From positions 13,702,001 through 13,766,000 of the forward strand of contig OZ024753.1 in assembly GCA_964016885.1 (NCBI GenBank): a stretch of DNA of 64,000 nucleotides. Direction: 5' to 3'. A program made the translations under genes and the position numbers. The notes under the pieces are model-generated. The model was not told the origin of the DNA, searched no databases, and saw only the letters and a list, made by a program, of their open reading frames with translations. Source of the DNA: Eledone cirrhosa. Lineage: Eukaryota. The first letter of the stretch is position 1. Each line of letters begins with the position of its first letter. This document shows positions 39,175 to 54,016 of this stretch, one piece after another.

Positions 39175-40700
39175 GCCATCTTCTAAACTTGCTGGCAAAG
39201 AGGATTGATGGCTTCAATTACAGAGCCCTGAGGGCCATCAAGAGCATTAGATGGTGCCACCATGTTCCCATCAAAGAGCTGCATGCACGCACACATCAGC
39301 CCACTGCCTCCTGACTCATAGTCGTTTGACATAAATGCTGGTACGGACATGTCCTCCTCCTTCTCCGCCGGATTATTTTACCAGGGGTTATTCGATGCAG
39401 CAGCAGTGGGCTGGAAGAGGGCTTTACTCTTGTTCGATGCACCAGCAGTGGGCTGGAAGAGGGCTTTACTCTTGTTCGATGCACCAGCAGTGGGCTGGAA
39501 GAGGGCTTTACTCTTGTTCGATGCACCAGCAGTGGGCTGGAAGAGGGCTTTACTCTTGTTCGATGCACCAGCAGTGGGCTGGAAGAGGGCTTTACTCTTG
39601 TTCGATGCACCAGCAGTGGGCTGGAAGAGGGCTTTACTCTTGTTCGATGCACCAGCAGTGGGCTGGAAGAGGGCTTTACTCTTGTTCGATGCACCAGCAG
39701 TGGGCTGGAAGAGGGCTTTACTCTTGTTCGATGCACCAGCAGTGGGCTGGAAGAGGGCTTTACTCTTGTTCGATGCACCAGCAGTGGGCTGGAAGAGGGC
39801 CTTACTCTTGTTCGATGAGGCAGAAGTGGCCTGGAAGAGGGCCTTACTCTTGTTCGATGAGGCAGCAGTGGGCTGGAAGAGGGCCTTACTCTTGTTCGAT
39901 GAGGCAGAAGTGGGCTGGAAGAGGGCCTTACTCTTATTCGATGAGGCAGAAGTGGGCTGGAAGAGGGCCTTACTCTTGTTCGATGAGGCAGCAGTGGGCT
40001 GGAAGAGGGCCTTACTCTTGTTCGATGAGGCAGCAGTGGGCTGGAAGAGGGCCTTACTCTTGTTCGATGAGGCAGAAGTGGGGTGGAAGAGGGCCTTACT
40101 CTTATTCGATGAGGCAGAAGTGGGCTGGAAGAGGGCCTTACTCTTGTTCGATGAGGCAGCAGTGGGCTGGAAGAGGGCCTTACTCTTGTTTGATGAGGCA
40201 GAAGTGGGCTGGAAGAGGGCCTTACTCTTGTTTGATGAGGCAGCAGTGGGCTGGAAGAGGGCCTTACTCTTGTTCGATGAGGCAGAAGTGGGCTGGAAGA
40301 GGGCCTTACTCTTGTTCGATGAGGCAGAAGTGGGCTGGAAGAGGGCCTTACTCTTGTTTGATGCAGCAGCAGTGGGCTGGAAGAGGGCCTTACTCTTGTT
40401 TGATGAGGCAGAAGTGGGCTGGAAGAGGGCCTTACTCTTATTCGATGAGGCAGAAGTGGGCTGGAAGAGGGCCTTACTCTTGTTCGATGAGGCAGAAGTG
40501 GGCTGGAAGAGGCCGCATGGCAGACCGTGCACCAGATCACCAGATGGTTGGATGTGATTAAGGAAGATCTCCAGAGGCTTGATATCACCTCGGAGTATGC
40601 AGAAGGGCTGGCATGGGACCACCAGCGATTGAGGGCACTAGTGGACTTGGTCGGCTCTACATATGATGATGCCTCTGGGATTGCTGACATGGGATGACCC
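39175..40700 (+). mobile_element. Decayed RTE-type LINE C-terminus containing a 42-bp minisatellite
   Basis: KRIDGFNYRALRAIKSIRW..., WYGHVL, GWKRPHGRP, WLDVIKEDL motifs either side of the array. Confidence 0.75.
39391..40512. repeat. 42-bp minisatellite (~27 units)
   Basis: TTCGATG(CAC/AGG)CAG(C/A)AGTGGGCTGGAAGAGGGC(T/C)TTACTCTTG. Confidence 0.95.
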
Positions 40701-40918
40701 CAGTTCTATTGAGCAAGAGGAAAGAAGAAGAAGATATATATATGAAGAGCTTCTATAATTTTGTCAACCAAATTTCCCTTGCAAGGTATTAGTGGAAGGT
40801 CACCTTCTGTGGAGTTAAGTAATACCATGTCATCTGCAAATTCCATCCGACTGATTTTACACCCGCCAGTCATGATACATCTTCCAAGCTGAATTGAGAG
40901 ATCACAACTCCGATACTA

Positions 40919-41304
40919 TGAAAATTGTTAACCATGTTGCCAACAACAACCCTGAGTACCTTTTTGTTTTCCATGTGTCTAACACCCGTGGGCATGCCCA
41001 CAAAGTAAGAAAACAGCACAGTTCCCATGACTTTCGGAAACATTTTTTCACGCTCAGAGTTGCTGAAGCATGGAACAAACTACCTGCATCAGTTGTTAGC
41101 TGTCGAGACACTGCATCCTTTAAGGCCTCCATGCTTCCCGAGATCCACCAACACTACAGCTAACACATAAACACATGTACTTCCCTGACATTTGTGTATT
41201 ATTCTATGTACTATACATACACCTTTGACGAGTTGTAGTGCACCTGAGCACTTTACACAATAATTTCATTATTATTATTATATTATTATTATTTTATTAT
41301 TATT
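40919..41304 (+). mobile_element. CR1-type LINE 3' fragment
   Basis: TRGHAHKVRKQ..FFTLRVAEAWNKLP, 3'UTR, (ATT)n. Confidence 0.9.
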
Positions 41305-41540
41305 ATGAGCATGTGGTTAGAATGTCTCAGGAAAGAGTCACTGGACATATTTTATGGGCAGGAAACCCAAGGATAGACCCTGAGCAAGATGGTTGGATAA
41401 CATCCGATGAGCTTGGCTGGTCTTGCTTGGGGATCTAGCCAGATCAGTTGGAGATGGTTGCTGCTGGCAGGACCTGCTGGAAGGAATGTTTCAGGACTCT
41501 GCCTCCATGACCCTCTCCGGAATACATAGGCGAAGAAGGT
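41305..41540 (+). mobile_element. Old RTE/L2-like LINE C-terminal remnant
   Basis: HVVRMSQER..., PRxRP, RWLDNI-like fragments across frames. Confidence 0.4.
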
Positions 41541-41854
41541 GGGTTAGTCAACCCAAGACTGTAGTAGAAAATACCTGGCCAAAGTGCCACGTAGTGAGAC
41601 TGAACCCAGAACCATGTACTTGTAAAGTGAACTCTTTAACCTCACAACCATTCCTGCAACTATATTATTCATTTATTTATTCAGTTTTCACTCCAGTGAG
41701 AATCTATTGATGATATTGATCTTGTATTGATTTGTGTCAATGTGTGTGGGTAGATATGTATATTTATACCTTATATGTGTGAGTGTGAATATATATGTAT
41801 ATGTACATTGTTATACTTTGGGAGGGTCATGTTGCCAATAAATTTCAAAAACAA

Positions 41855-43514
<1,660 letters not shown>

Positions 43515-43518
<4 letters not shown>

Positions 43519-43672
43519 AACAAAGAGGGTGTGGTAAGATACCAGGTGGACCATAACTCACCAGAGTACTCAATATTTAGGCTAGTAGAGTGGGTTATAT
43601 GAAAAGAGTCAGGACCCCGATGGCTGAGCTCCGGCCATTTCGACTGCTGGATCTGAACTAAGCCAGCAGTAT
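43515..43672 (-). mobile_element. Dispersed (TA)n-associated element, homologue of 6745-6880
   Basis: GGACCCCGATGGCTGAGCTC, GAGTACTCAATA, GTAGAGTGGGT shared. Confidence 0.7.
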
Positions 43673-43814
43673 TAGAATGGTGGGAATCTAGCTGAACTTG
43701 TCAAATGGTGCAGTTCATATATGGGCATGCAGTCAAAGCAAAAAAAGCAAAGCAAAAAATCCTATATGACGACATGGTTGGACTGGCACCCTGTGCCATT
43801 AAAACACTCTATGA

Positions 43815-44320
43815 CAGTGGTCGCCAACGTTTCAGACCACCTGGAACCATTAAATTCATAATTTTAAACCCTTCGGACCACAAATATGAAGTTTTTAAAA
43901 AAGATAATTATATTTGTAAAATAAAGATCAGAGACCTTCCATTTTATTAAACAATACTGAAGTGTACCTGTGTCATATTGTCAATAGTTGATACATTTGT
44001 GTAAAATTCTTTCATGGATGTTAGTTCTTTACTGAAGAGAAACATTTTTAAGGGTGTTTTAAAATATATTTTAACCAAATATTATTTTATGTTTTATTAT
44101 TAAATCCCGCCATTTTATGTTTTATTATTAAATGCCTTTCATCCTTACGAGGTCGATAAAATAAAGTACCAGTAATGCACTGGAGTAATTGCTGGCCTTG
44201 TGCCAAAAGTAGAAACAATTATTAATAAAATATAAAAATTGCAAATAATGTCCAAATTTTTCTGCGGACCAGCAAAATTTTCTCTCGGACCACCAGTGGT
44301 TCACAGACCACTGACCGCTG
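43815..44320. mobile_element. hAT-type MITE with nested SINE fragment
   Basis: CAGTGGTC...GACCGCTG termini; 8-bp TSD CTCTATGA/CTCTATGG. Confidence 0.85.
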
Positions 44321-44898
44321 CTCTATGGCATTCATTCTTCTAGGAGGCCAACTAAGCCCACATATAGTGAACTCTAAATTTCATTTTCTATTTTTCAAAC
44401 ACGCGGGTACATATGTATATATTTAAATATATGTACTTCCTCCACACACACGCACACTCACACGCACACTCACACGCACACAGACACACACACACACACA
44501 TGCTATTAAGAATCTTTCTCTCTCCTTCCTTTACACTTATCTAACTTTCATACACTGTGTACATTAAGGTGTTAATACATATGTAAATCTGACAACATCC
44601 CAAACACCACCACTACTACAACCATGAAAAAAAAAAGCCAAGAAGCCAAGAAGCTAGCTAGAAAGAGAGCAAGTTAAATAATAAGATACCCCCATCCCTC
44701 CATCCATATGAAGAACATCTAACATCTAACATCCGTAGTCTATTTGCAATCCTTCCACACATGCCTGTCACTTTGGTATACATCTTCTCCCCTCAACTTA
44801 TATCAACCACTACTGTGCTGCCACCATTGAGGATGTAAAAATAAAAACACTGAAGACATTGAAAGAACACTTAACCCTTTAGCATTTACATTACGTTA

Positions 44899-46690
44899 TG
44901 GATTGGCAGTATTGGTAGAGGGTCGGACATGCTGTGTGGTATAAAGCTACATCCCTTTCTCGCGGTGGATTGGCAGTATTGGTAGAGGGTCGGACATGCT
45001 GTGTGGTATAAAGCTACATCCCTTTCTCGCGGTGGATTGGCAGTATCGGTAGAGGGTCGGACAACATGCTGTGTGGTATAAAGCTACATCCCTTTCTCGC
45101 GGTGGATTGGCAGTATTGGTAGAGGGTCGGACATGCTGTGTGGTATAAAGCTACATCCCTTTCTCGCGGTGGATTGGCAGTATTGGTAGAGGGTCGGACA
45201 TGCTGTGTGGTATAAAGCTACATCCCTTTCTCGCGGTGGATTGGCAGTATTGGTAGAGGGTCGGACATGCTGTGTGGTATAAAGCTACATCCCTTTCTCG
45301 CGGTGGATTGGCAGTATTGGTAGAGGGTCGGACATGCTGTGTGGTATAAAGCTACATCCCTTTCTCGCGGTGGATTGGCAGTATTGGTAGAGGGTCGGAC
45401 ATGCTGTGTGGTATAAAGCTACATCCCTTTCTCGCGGTGGATTGGCAGTATTGGTAGAGGGTCGGACATGCTGTGTGGTATAAAGCTACATCCCTTTCTC
45501 GCGGTGGATTGGCAGTATTGGTAGAGGGTCGGACATGCTGTGTGGTATAAAGCTACATCCCTTTCTCGCGGTGGATTGGCAGTATTGGTAGAGGGTCGGA
45601 CATGCTGTGTGGTATAAAGCTACATCCCTTTCTCGCGGTGGATTGGCAGTATCGGTAGAGGGTCGGACAACATGCTGTGTGGTATAAAGCTACATCCCTT
45701 TCTCGCGGTGGATTGGCAGTATCGGTAGAGGGTCGGACACCATGCTGTGTGGTATAAAGCTACATCCCTTTCTCGCGGTCGATTGGCAGTATCGGTAGAG
45801 GGTCGGACACCATGCTGTGTGGTATAAAGCTACATCCCTTTCTCGCGGTGGATTGGCAGTATCGGTAGAGGGTCGGACAAACATGCTGTGTGGTATAAAG
45901 CTACATCCCTTTCTCGCGGTGGATTGGCAGTATCGGTAGAGGGTCGGACACCATGCTGTGTGGTATAAAGCTACATCCCTTTCTCGCGGTGGATTGGCAG
46001 TATCGGTAGAGGGTCGGACAACATGTTGTGTGGTATAAAGCTACATCCCTTTCTCGCGGTGGATTGGCAGAATCGGTAGAGGGTCGGACAACATGCTGTG
46101 TGGTATAAAGCTACATCCCTTTCTCGCGGTGGATTGGCAGTATCGGTAGAGGGTCGGACATGCTGTGTGGTATAAAGCTACATCCCTTTCTCGCGGTGGA
46201 TTGGAAGTATCGGTAGAGGGTCGGACAACATGCTGTGTGGTATAAAGCTACATCCCTTTCTCGCGGCGGATTGGCAGTATCGGTAGAGGGTCGGACACCA
46301 TGCTGTGTGGTATAACGCTACATCCCTTTCTCGCGGTGGATTGGCTGTATCGGTAGAGGGTCGGACACCATGCTGTGTGGTATAAAGCTACATCCCTTTC
46401 TCGCGGTCGATTGGCAGTATCGGTAGAGGGTCGGACACCATGCTGTGTGGTATAAAGCTACATCCCTTTCTCGCGGTGGATTGGCAGTATCGGTAGAGGG
46501 TCGGACACCATGCTGTGTAGTATAAAGCTACATCCCTTTCTCGCGGTGGATTGGTAGTATCGGTAGAGGGTCGGACAACATGCTGTGTGGTATAAAGCTA
46601 CATCCCTTTCTCGCGGTGGATTGGAAGCATCGGTAGAGGGTCGGACAACATGCTGTGTGGTATAAAGCTACATCCCTTTCTCGCGGTCGG
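44899..46690 (+). repeat. 67/70-bp minisatellite (~26 units) derived from Deu-SINE tRNA head
   Basis: Unit GCGGTGGATTGGCAGTAT(C/T)GGTAGAGGGTCGGACA(CCA)TGCTGTGTGGTATAAAGCTACATCCCTTTCTC equals SINE 5' end. Confidence 0.95.
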
Positions 46691-47042
46691 TTAGAGGGTC
46701 GGACACCATGCTTTGCAGCAAAGAGTTACGGCCCTTTTTGATCTGAATTCAAATCCCGCCAAAGTTAACTTTGCTTTTCATCCTTACGGGGTCGATAAAA
46801 TAAAGTACCAGTAATGCACTGGGATAATTGCTGGCCTTGTGCCAAATGTAGAAACAATTATTTTTAGCAGTATCGGTTGAGCGTCGGACATGTTTAGCAG
46901 TATAGAGTTATGGCCCTATACGTTTTGAGTTCAAATCCTGCTGAGGTTAACTTTGCCTTTCATTCTTATGGGGTTGATAAAATAAAGTACCAGTAATGCA
47001 CTGGGATAATTGCTGGCCTTGTGCCAAAAGTAGAAACAATTA
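46690..47042 (+). mobile_element. Two tandem Deu/Nin-type SINEs
   Basis: B box, core and tail at 46690-46861 and 46867-47042. Confidence 0.85.
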
Positions 47043-47521
47043 TATTTTCACGGTAAAGGTTTTATTTCACATAATTATCTCACATAATATCGAGTCTGAG
47101 ATTTTGATGTTATTTATTTTGAGAACAATACACAAACATCAGTATGAGTGACCAGTTACAGCCAGTTTGAACAGAAATACAACCAGTTTAAATGCTAAAG
47201 GGTTAAAGTAAGAAAAAAAAAATATCTGTCCACTCTTTTTCACACTTCCTCCTCCTCCTCCATCTCTTCCTCCTCTTCTCTCCCTCCTCCTCCTCCATCT
47301 CCTTCTCCTCTTCTCTCCCTCCTCCTCCATCTCCTCCCCCACCCTCCTCTCCCTACCTCTCCCCCAACCCCTTACCCCCTCCCCCACCTCTCCCCCACCT
47401 CTCCACCCTTCTCCCCATCCCACCTCTCCTTCCTCTACACCCCTCGCTACTCCTTCACTTCAGATTACTTGGAAATCTCCTTCCTCTGTGTCATGTTTCT
47501 CAGGAAGAGATTCACCTGTTA

Positions 47522-47565
<44 letters not shown>

Positions 47566-47927
47566 TGAAGGCACATGGCTTAGTGGTTAGAGCATTGGCT
47601 TTGCAATCGAAAGGGTGATGTGTTGTTTCCTTGAGCAAGGCACTTTATTTCACATTGCTCCAGTTTATTCAGCTGTAGAAATGAAATGATAGGGACTGGG
47701 GTCCCTATCATTCCACTGCAAAGTGGACGTGGAGGTGCCACGGCAAAAAAGCACCCAGTGTAAAGTGGATGTGGAGGTGCCACGGCAAAAAAGCACCCAG
47801 CACTCACTGTAAATGAGGTTGGTGTTAGGAAGGGCATCCATCTGTAGAAATCAAGCCAGAATCAGCTCCCGTCCCACCCTTGCAAGCAGGGAAAAAGCGG
47901 ACGTAAAATGATGATGATGATGATGAT
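47566..47927 (+). mobile_element. CORE-like SINE with RTE tail (B box deleted)
   Basis: Near-identical to 6173 copy; ends AAGCGGACGTAAAATGATGATG. Confidence 0.85.
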
Positions 47928-48359
47928 TGTAAACAATAAAAGGTAATAGTGAAGTGGTGCAGTTGTTAGAGTTCTCCATTAAAAAGGGCTTGCTATTTGT
48001 TCAGGTTCTCAGTTCAAATCCCACGAACGTCAACTTTGCCTTTCTTTCTTACTAAAGCCAGTCTTGAGCCCAAAGGCTCATCATGCTGCTGCTTATCCCA
48101 GTTTCCATGATGTTAAGTGACTGAGAGTACATGACTCTCCTCTTGGACAGGATGCCAGTTCATTCACAGGGTTAAACCCCAAGCTATTACTGGTACTCAA
48201 TTTCAGCTGAGTATACTGGAGCAACGTGAAATGAAGTGTTTTGCTCAAGAACACAACACACAACCCAGTCAAGGAGTTGAACCCACGACATTATGATCGT
48301 AAGTCCAACACCCTTATCACTAGGTCACATGTTTTTACACATTATGATGGTGGGGTGGG

Positions 48360-49351
48360 GTCGGTAAAATAAAGTACCAGTAATACCGTGGGTCAATATA
48401 ATCGATTTTCCCCTTTACTTCAAATTGTTGAATTTAGGGCAGTGGCTTAGCAGTAATATGCTTTGTGGCATAGTTACGGCCCTTTATGTTCTGAGTTCAA
48501 ATCCTTATTGGGGGTCAATAAAATAAAGTACCAGTACCGCACTGGGGTTGATTTAATTGACTTTTCCCTTTCCCGGATTGTTGGCCTTGTGCCTAAATCA
48601 GAAACAATTATTATTAGGGATGGTTGATGTTTAGAATTGGTAGAGCAACGAACGAAATGCTTTGTGGTATATAGTTACGACTTCTTACGTTCTGAGTTCA
48701 AATCCTGCTCGGGTCAATTTTACCTTTCATCATTCCGGGGTTGATATAAGTATATAAGAACCAGTCATATACTTGGGTTGATTTAATAGATTTTACACCT
48801 TCCCCCAAAATTGCTGGCCTTGTGCCTAAATTAGAAATGTTATTTTTCTTCGTTTTTATTGCAGTTGTTGAAGTTGCTGCTGCTGTTGTTGTTGTTATTG
48901 TTGTTGTTAATTAATTGGGCGGTGAATTGGCAGTATCAGTAGAGCATCAGACACCATGCTTTACAGCACAGAGTTATGGCCCTTTACGTTCTGAGTTCAA
49001 ATCCCACCTAGGTTAACTTCGCCTTTCATCCTTCTAGGGCGGATAAAATTCTTTTCAATGGCTGACAATACCTTACCGGGGCCACTCGAATAAGGTAATT
49101 ATTTAACCCATAAATGGGGCCCTAACAGGTACTAACTACTACTCTGGGCCAGAGCAGACCTGGGAGTTATGACAACTAACGGGTAACTCCATATTCCCCA
49201 CAGCTCCTGAACTCCCAAACTGGAGCCTTACCACTGGATGTAGTTTAATGTCATAGCCAGGAAGGACATCCTTACGGGGTCGATAAAATAAAGTACCAGT
49301 AATACATTGGGTAATTGCTGCTAGCCTTGTGCCAAAAGTAGAAACAATTAT
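48360..49351 (+). mobile_element. Cluster of 3-4 Deu-type SINEs; last one carries an antisense insert 49034-49266
   Basis: Repeated GAGTTCAAATCC / AAAATAAAGTACCAG / GGCCTTGTGCC; insert TSD CATCCTT. Confidence 0.8.
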
Positions 49352-50591
49352 TGTTATTGCTGTTGTTGTTGCTGTTGCAGTTGTTGTTGTTGATGATGTT
49401 GCTGTTGCTGATTTTGTTGTTGTTGCTGTTGTAATAAGCAGACATATGTAACAGATCTCCAACAAAGATTTTTTATTTTTTCATGTTTTATTTGATAGAA
49501 AAGAATTTGATCCTTTTTTTTTTTTTTTATTTGTGTCTAATTTTTCGAACAAAATACTTTAGACTGCCAACATATCTAGACCATTACCCTGGGGTGTTAA
49601 CATTTGTCCTTGGGTATATATATATATATATATATATTATTATAATAAAAAAATTGAATTGTTTAGAACTACAAGTGAAGTCATTCTTTTCCTTTTTTCA
49701 AAACTACCTAACTGTACCAAGGATTTCACATTATCCTATATGTTTTTGTCATCATTGGTTTATTGTGTTTCAATATGGATTCCTCTGGAGGAGTGGGGAG
49801 AGGTGCTAGTCATAAATGTGGTAGTAAGGAATATGGCCCTCGATGAAATTTTTTTTTTTTTTTTTTTAAACTAACAGATTTAACAATTTGGTAAATTTAT
49901 AGAACACTCAACCCCCCTGATTTCATTGGGGAAAAAAATCTTTTTCCTGTTTCTATTTTGTGTGTTATCAACTAATCTATCTTCCAAGATGCTCGAAAAC
50001 AACAGAGATTGGTAAAGCATCGGACAACATGCTTTGAGACATGTAGTTACGTCCTTTTACATTCTGAGTTCAAATCCCGCCAAGGTTAGCTTTGCCTTTC
50101 ATCCTTATGGAGTCGATAAAATAAAGTACCAGTAACGCACTACAGTCGATTTAATTGACTGTCCCCTACCCCCAAATTGTTGGCCTTATGCCTAAATCAA
50201 TAATAATAATAATTATTCTAAAACATAATCTTTCTTTCTTTGTAGGAGTTGGAGTAGAATGATGTCTGTTTTGTCTACTTGGCTGTGACATCATCCACTC
50301 ACTCAGCCAGCTTTCCTTCAGCCAGCTTTCCTTCACAACAGTTGGGATAGTATACAAGATTATTTTTACAATATTTCATTGGGATTACCTTGTACCAATA
50401 TTTGCCAAGACTATGTCCTTGGACTACTCTTGCTATCATTAGTTGTTGCCTAACAGAATATTACCATCATGACGGCCACAGGAAAAGAACATCAACACCT
50501 GCGTGGTAAATCCTACTCAGAGAGGTCAAATTACTTGGTGGTAAGTACTGGAGTTCTGTTTTTTTTTTTTTTGTTGCTGTTTTGTATGAGT

Positions 50592-50945
50592 CAGTGAATG
50601 TGTAATGTAAGTGTGAGAGAAAGGCAGAGCTTGAACGAGCTGAGGCAGAAGCTGGGTTTAAGAACAATCTGAGGTGGTGTGCAGGAGAGAAAACTGCATT
50701 GGTACGGACATGTGATGCACATGGATGATGATGATGGCTGAAGAAGTGCCAGGGAATTCCCAGTGGAAGGAAGCTGCAGTAAAGGTAGACCAAGAAAGAC
50801 CTGGGCAGAGGTTGTGAGAGCTGACCTCAAAGCGCTGAAATTCTTGGAGGCAATGACAAAGGGACGCTGCGAGTGGAGATATGCTGGACATGTCCATCCC
50901 ATGCAGGCCTTGAAAAATGGATGTAAAAATGGGGACAATGAGTAT
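50592..50945 (+). mobile_element. Decayed RTE-type LINE 3' fragment
   Basis: WYGHVMHM, GRPRKTWAEVVRADL. Confidence 0.8.
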
Positions 50946-51052
50946 AAGGAAGAGGGTCATTGTATTATTTATTTTACTCTATTACTTTGATTGCCAAATG
51001 TAGTCAGCTTCTGTTGGCAATCTTGTGGATTCATTGGTTGGAGTCAACTTAA

Positions 51053-51465
51053 CACTTTTGATACCAAACCTCCTGAAACAACCTTTATTTCAATAATACA
51101 AAACTGTTTGTTTTTATCTAAAAAAAAAACTTCCATCATCATTTTATGTAAGAATCTTTATTAGATTACCTTATTTCCTGGCGTTGAAGACGCTACTTTT
51201 TTCCTTAAATAAGTCTAAAAAATCTACTATGCGTCTTGGAGCCCGAAGGTTGTTTATTATTATTTTTCAAATTTTTGGTTGTCAAAATCAGGGTGCATCC
51301 TCGAGAACGAAGCATCTTTGGCACCGGGAAATGTGGTATGTTCCAAATACTAGCTTAATGAGAAAGGTAGTTACATTATTAAATCACTCAAAATTCTTGA
51401 TTATATTCAAAATTATTTGAAAACTATTGGCAATGTTTTTCATTAGAAATTTGGTAAAGAATGGG
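51053..51465. mobile_element. Second piggyBac-type MITE family with nested Tc1 MITE B (51169-51336)
   Basis: TTAA|CACTTTTGATACCAAA ... TTTGGTAAAGAATGGG|TTAA; related fragments at 55181-55360 and 57085-57199. Confidence 0.7.
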
Positions 51466-52150
51466 TTAAACTCTCTCGAGTCAATGCCAACACAAGTTAC
51501 AGATAAAAGTACGAGGCCTAACAGCATGAATTAGAACACGAAAGTCCTTTGGATTTGAGGTTTTATTCAATGGATTGTACTGGTAATTCAAAGGTTCCAC
51601 CATGTTACACCACATGTCACACTGAATTTACCTGAGAATTACAATAAGGGTTACATGTAGCTGATATGACTAGGTCTACATGTCCTTATTGGTTTTGATA
51701 GCCACTAGTAAGGGGTCCCTTGCAGCTGATAATGACTGGATCTGGCTATTATTGGTTTCGATAGCCTCTGGTAAGGGGTCATTGCAACTGATATGACTGG
51801 ATCTGCCTGTATTTATTGGTTTTGATAGCCACTAGGTAAGTCTCTAGTGGACATGGACAGCTCCTCCTTTATAAATCTTCATTAGAAAAGTCAAGCTGCA
51901 ACAATAACACATAGCTGTGGGATATTCATCTACATACATGTTAATTTAACTCGTAGGACTTTCAGTTGGTCAAACAACTGGCTGCTTCATCATTGAAGCC
52001 AATTGAGAGAGGGTCTGTTAATGTTAACCTCCATTTCATTCCATTCTATTCCATGGGCCCTTAACTCCTGATGCAGTCATAGGGGATGCCATAGTGACAT
52101 ATCGCATATCTTGGTCATTTAAACATGGTCTGAATATAGCAGATTTCAAC

Positions 52151-52181
<31 letters not shown>

Positions 52182-52479
52182 AGTGAGGAAGAGATATAGA
52201 GAAAGAATGTCTTCCTCATTAAAATAAACATTTACGTGGCTGAATATTCCATAGATACATTTTATCCTCATGGCTTGACTTTGCTAATGAAGATATATGA
52301 AGAAGGGAGCTGTCCATGTCTGGTACTGGATAGGTTCTTCATTTATCAACCTCGAAATGCTGAAAAGGAATGTTGACAGCAGCGAGATTTTAACTGAGGG
52401 GTGCTGAGAGTCAGAAAAAATATAGTAAAGAAATCTATCAAACTTTCTAATGATTCTGTCTAAATGTTAACCTAGCTTA

Positions 52480-52947
52480 TGACAGTCGGCTGAAAAGTTC
52501 ATAAGCTGATCAAGATACTCTCATGGAATGACCAAATGAGGTTTATTTTTCAACATAGTCCCTGGAAAGAAACAATGCATTTATTAATAAGCAGAGTTGA
52601 AGTTAATGCATGCAAGATTTCACAGCTCTAGCATCAATCGTTCATAGTCAGCCTATGAAAATTTCAGCCACATGCACTGATTGTGCATTATTGCATAATA
52701 AATGCAGACAATGGATGCTATACGCTTCCTTTCTGTATAAAGTGTGGCAGAAACTTGAGTATGGGTATACATATATGGTACCCATTTACATGTGTTGTAT
52801 TGAGGCAAATAACTTTGTCTACTCTGGGATTGATACATAATGTTACCTATTGAGTACACTGAGATGCATCCGGTACTAGCAAGGAAATTTTATGCTAGTC
52901 CCGTTAACCTCATATATATATATATCTACCTATCTATCTATCTATTT

Positions 52948-52994
<47 letters not shown>

Positions 52995-53147
52995 TATAGG
53001 CTGACCAAGATACTCTCATGGAATGACCAAATGAGATTTATTTTTCAACATAGTCCCTGGAAAGAAACAATGCAGTTATCAATAAGTTTTCACAGTACTA
53101 GCATCACTCCTTCATAGTCAGCTTATGAACTTTTCAGCCGACCCTTG
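52480..53147 (+). mobile_element. Two mariner MITE A copies (52480-52670, 52997-53147)
   Basis: Family body and TIR GAACTTTTCAGCCGACCCTTG|TA. Confidence 0.75.
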
Positions 53148-53192
53148 TACATAGAATAAAAATAAACCCCCCCAAAAAAACGTGTGACTTAA

Positions 53193-54016
53193 TCCTTTAA
53201 TGTTCAAACCGGCCAGAACTGGCCAGAATTCTCTACCTCTTTCTGCTGTAACTGGTCACTCACACTGATGTTAAGGTATTGTTCTCAACATAAATACTTT
53301 CAAAATCTCATCGATTCGATATTATGCGAGATAATTATGTGAGATAAAGCCTTTACCATGAAAATATAATAGTACTAGCAGTGCCACCAACAGACCTAAT
53401 CGTGGAAAAACTGCATGTCTGGACAATATGTAAAGAAAACAAACAGAATACTCTGATGGCTGGATAATCTTTAAGATTTTCCTTGATGAAGCAGGAAAAA
53501 TGCAGGTTTTCACCTAATGCGGACCCTAGGGGATCAAGAAAATGAATTTTTTTTATGTGCATAATATGCCTTGAAATATCGGGAAAATCAGCTAGATGTA
53601 ATGCCTCAAAAAAGCCCTAAAAAGCTGAAAAAAAGAAGTTTTTCACCTAATGTGGGCCCTAAGCCATAAAAAAGTTCGATTTTCTTTGCTCACAGTATGA
53701 AGAAGAGACTGACTAATACATATTTACAATTTCAATGAAATCGGTCTGACGTAACGCCTCAAAAACCCCCTAAAAAGCTGGAAAAAAAACGCAGTTTTTC
53801 ACCTAATGCGGGCCTTAGGGGATCAAATATTTTAATTTTTTTTTATATGCAAAACACTCCCTGAAACATAAGTAATACACATGTAAAGTTTGAAAAAAAT
53901 CGGTTGGGTACTTCTCAAGTTTTAGGGATTCAAACTCACACACACACACACACCCAGACATCCTCAGTTATATATATATATATATATATTTATAGAGTAA
54001 TGTGAATGCTAAAGGG
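53193..54016. mobile_element. piggyBac-type MITE split by Helitron
   Basis: TTAA flanks; consensus AATAGTA|TATATAGAG interrupted at the A|T. Confidence 0.85.
53375..53988 (-). mobile_element. Non-autonomous Helitron with internal ~160-bp repeats
   Basis: CTAG end at 53375; other end shares CCCTGAAACATAAGT..GGATTCAAACTCACACA..CATCCTCAGTT with 15753 copy. Confidence 0.75.

Larger units (their letters stand above)
44875..47202. mobile_element. piggyBac-type MITE split by SINE-head array and two SINEs
   Basis: TTAA|CCCTTTAGCATTTACATTAC (44875) ... body resumes at 47041 ... AATGCTAAAGGG|TTAA. Confidence 0.85.

Noticed and set aside
39296-40690. Repeat proteins of 400-460 aa as real genes
   Set aside because: 42-bp minisatellite inside a dead LINE, open in four frames
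44899-46690. CRISPR-like regular array
   Set aside because: No unique spacers; whole unit repeats and equals a SINE head; eukaryotic context with no cas genes
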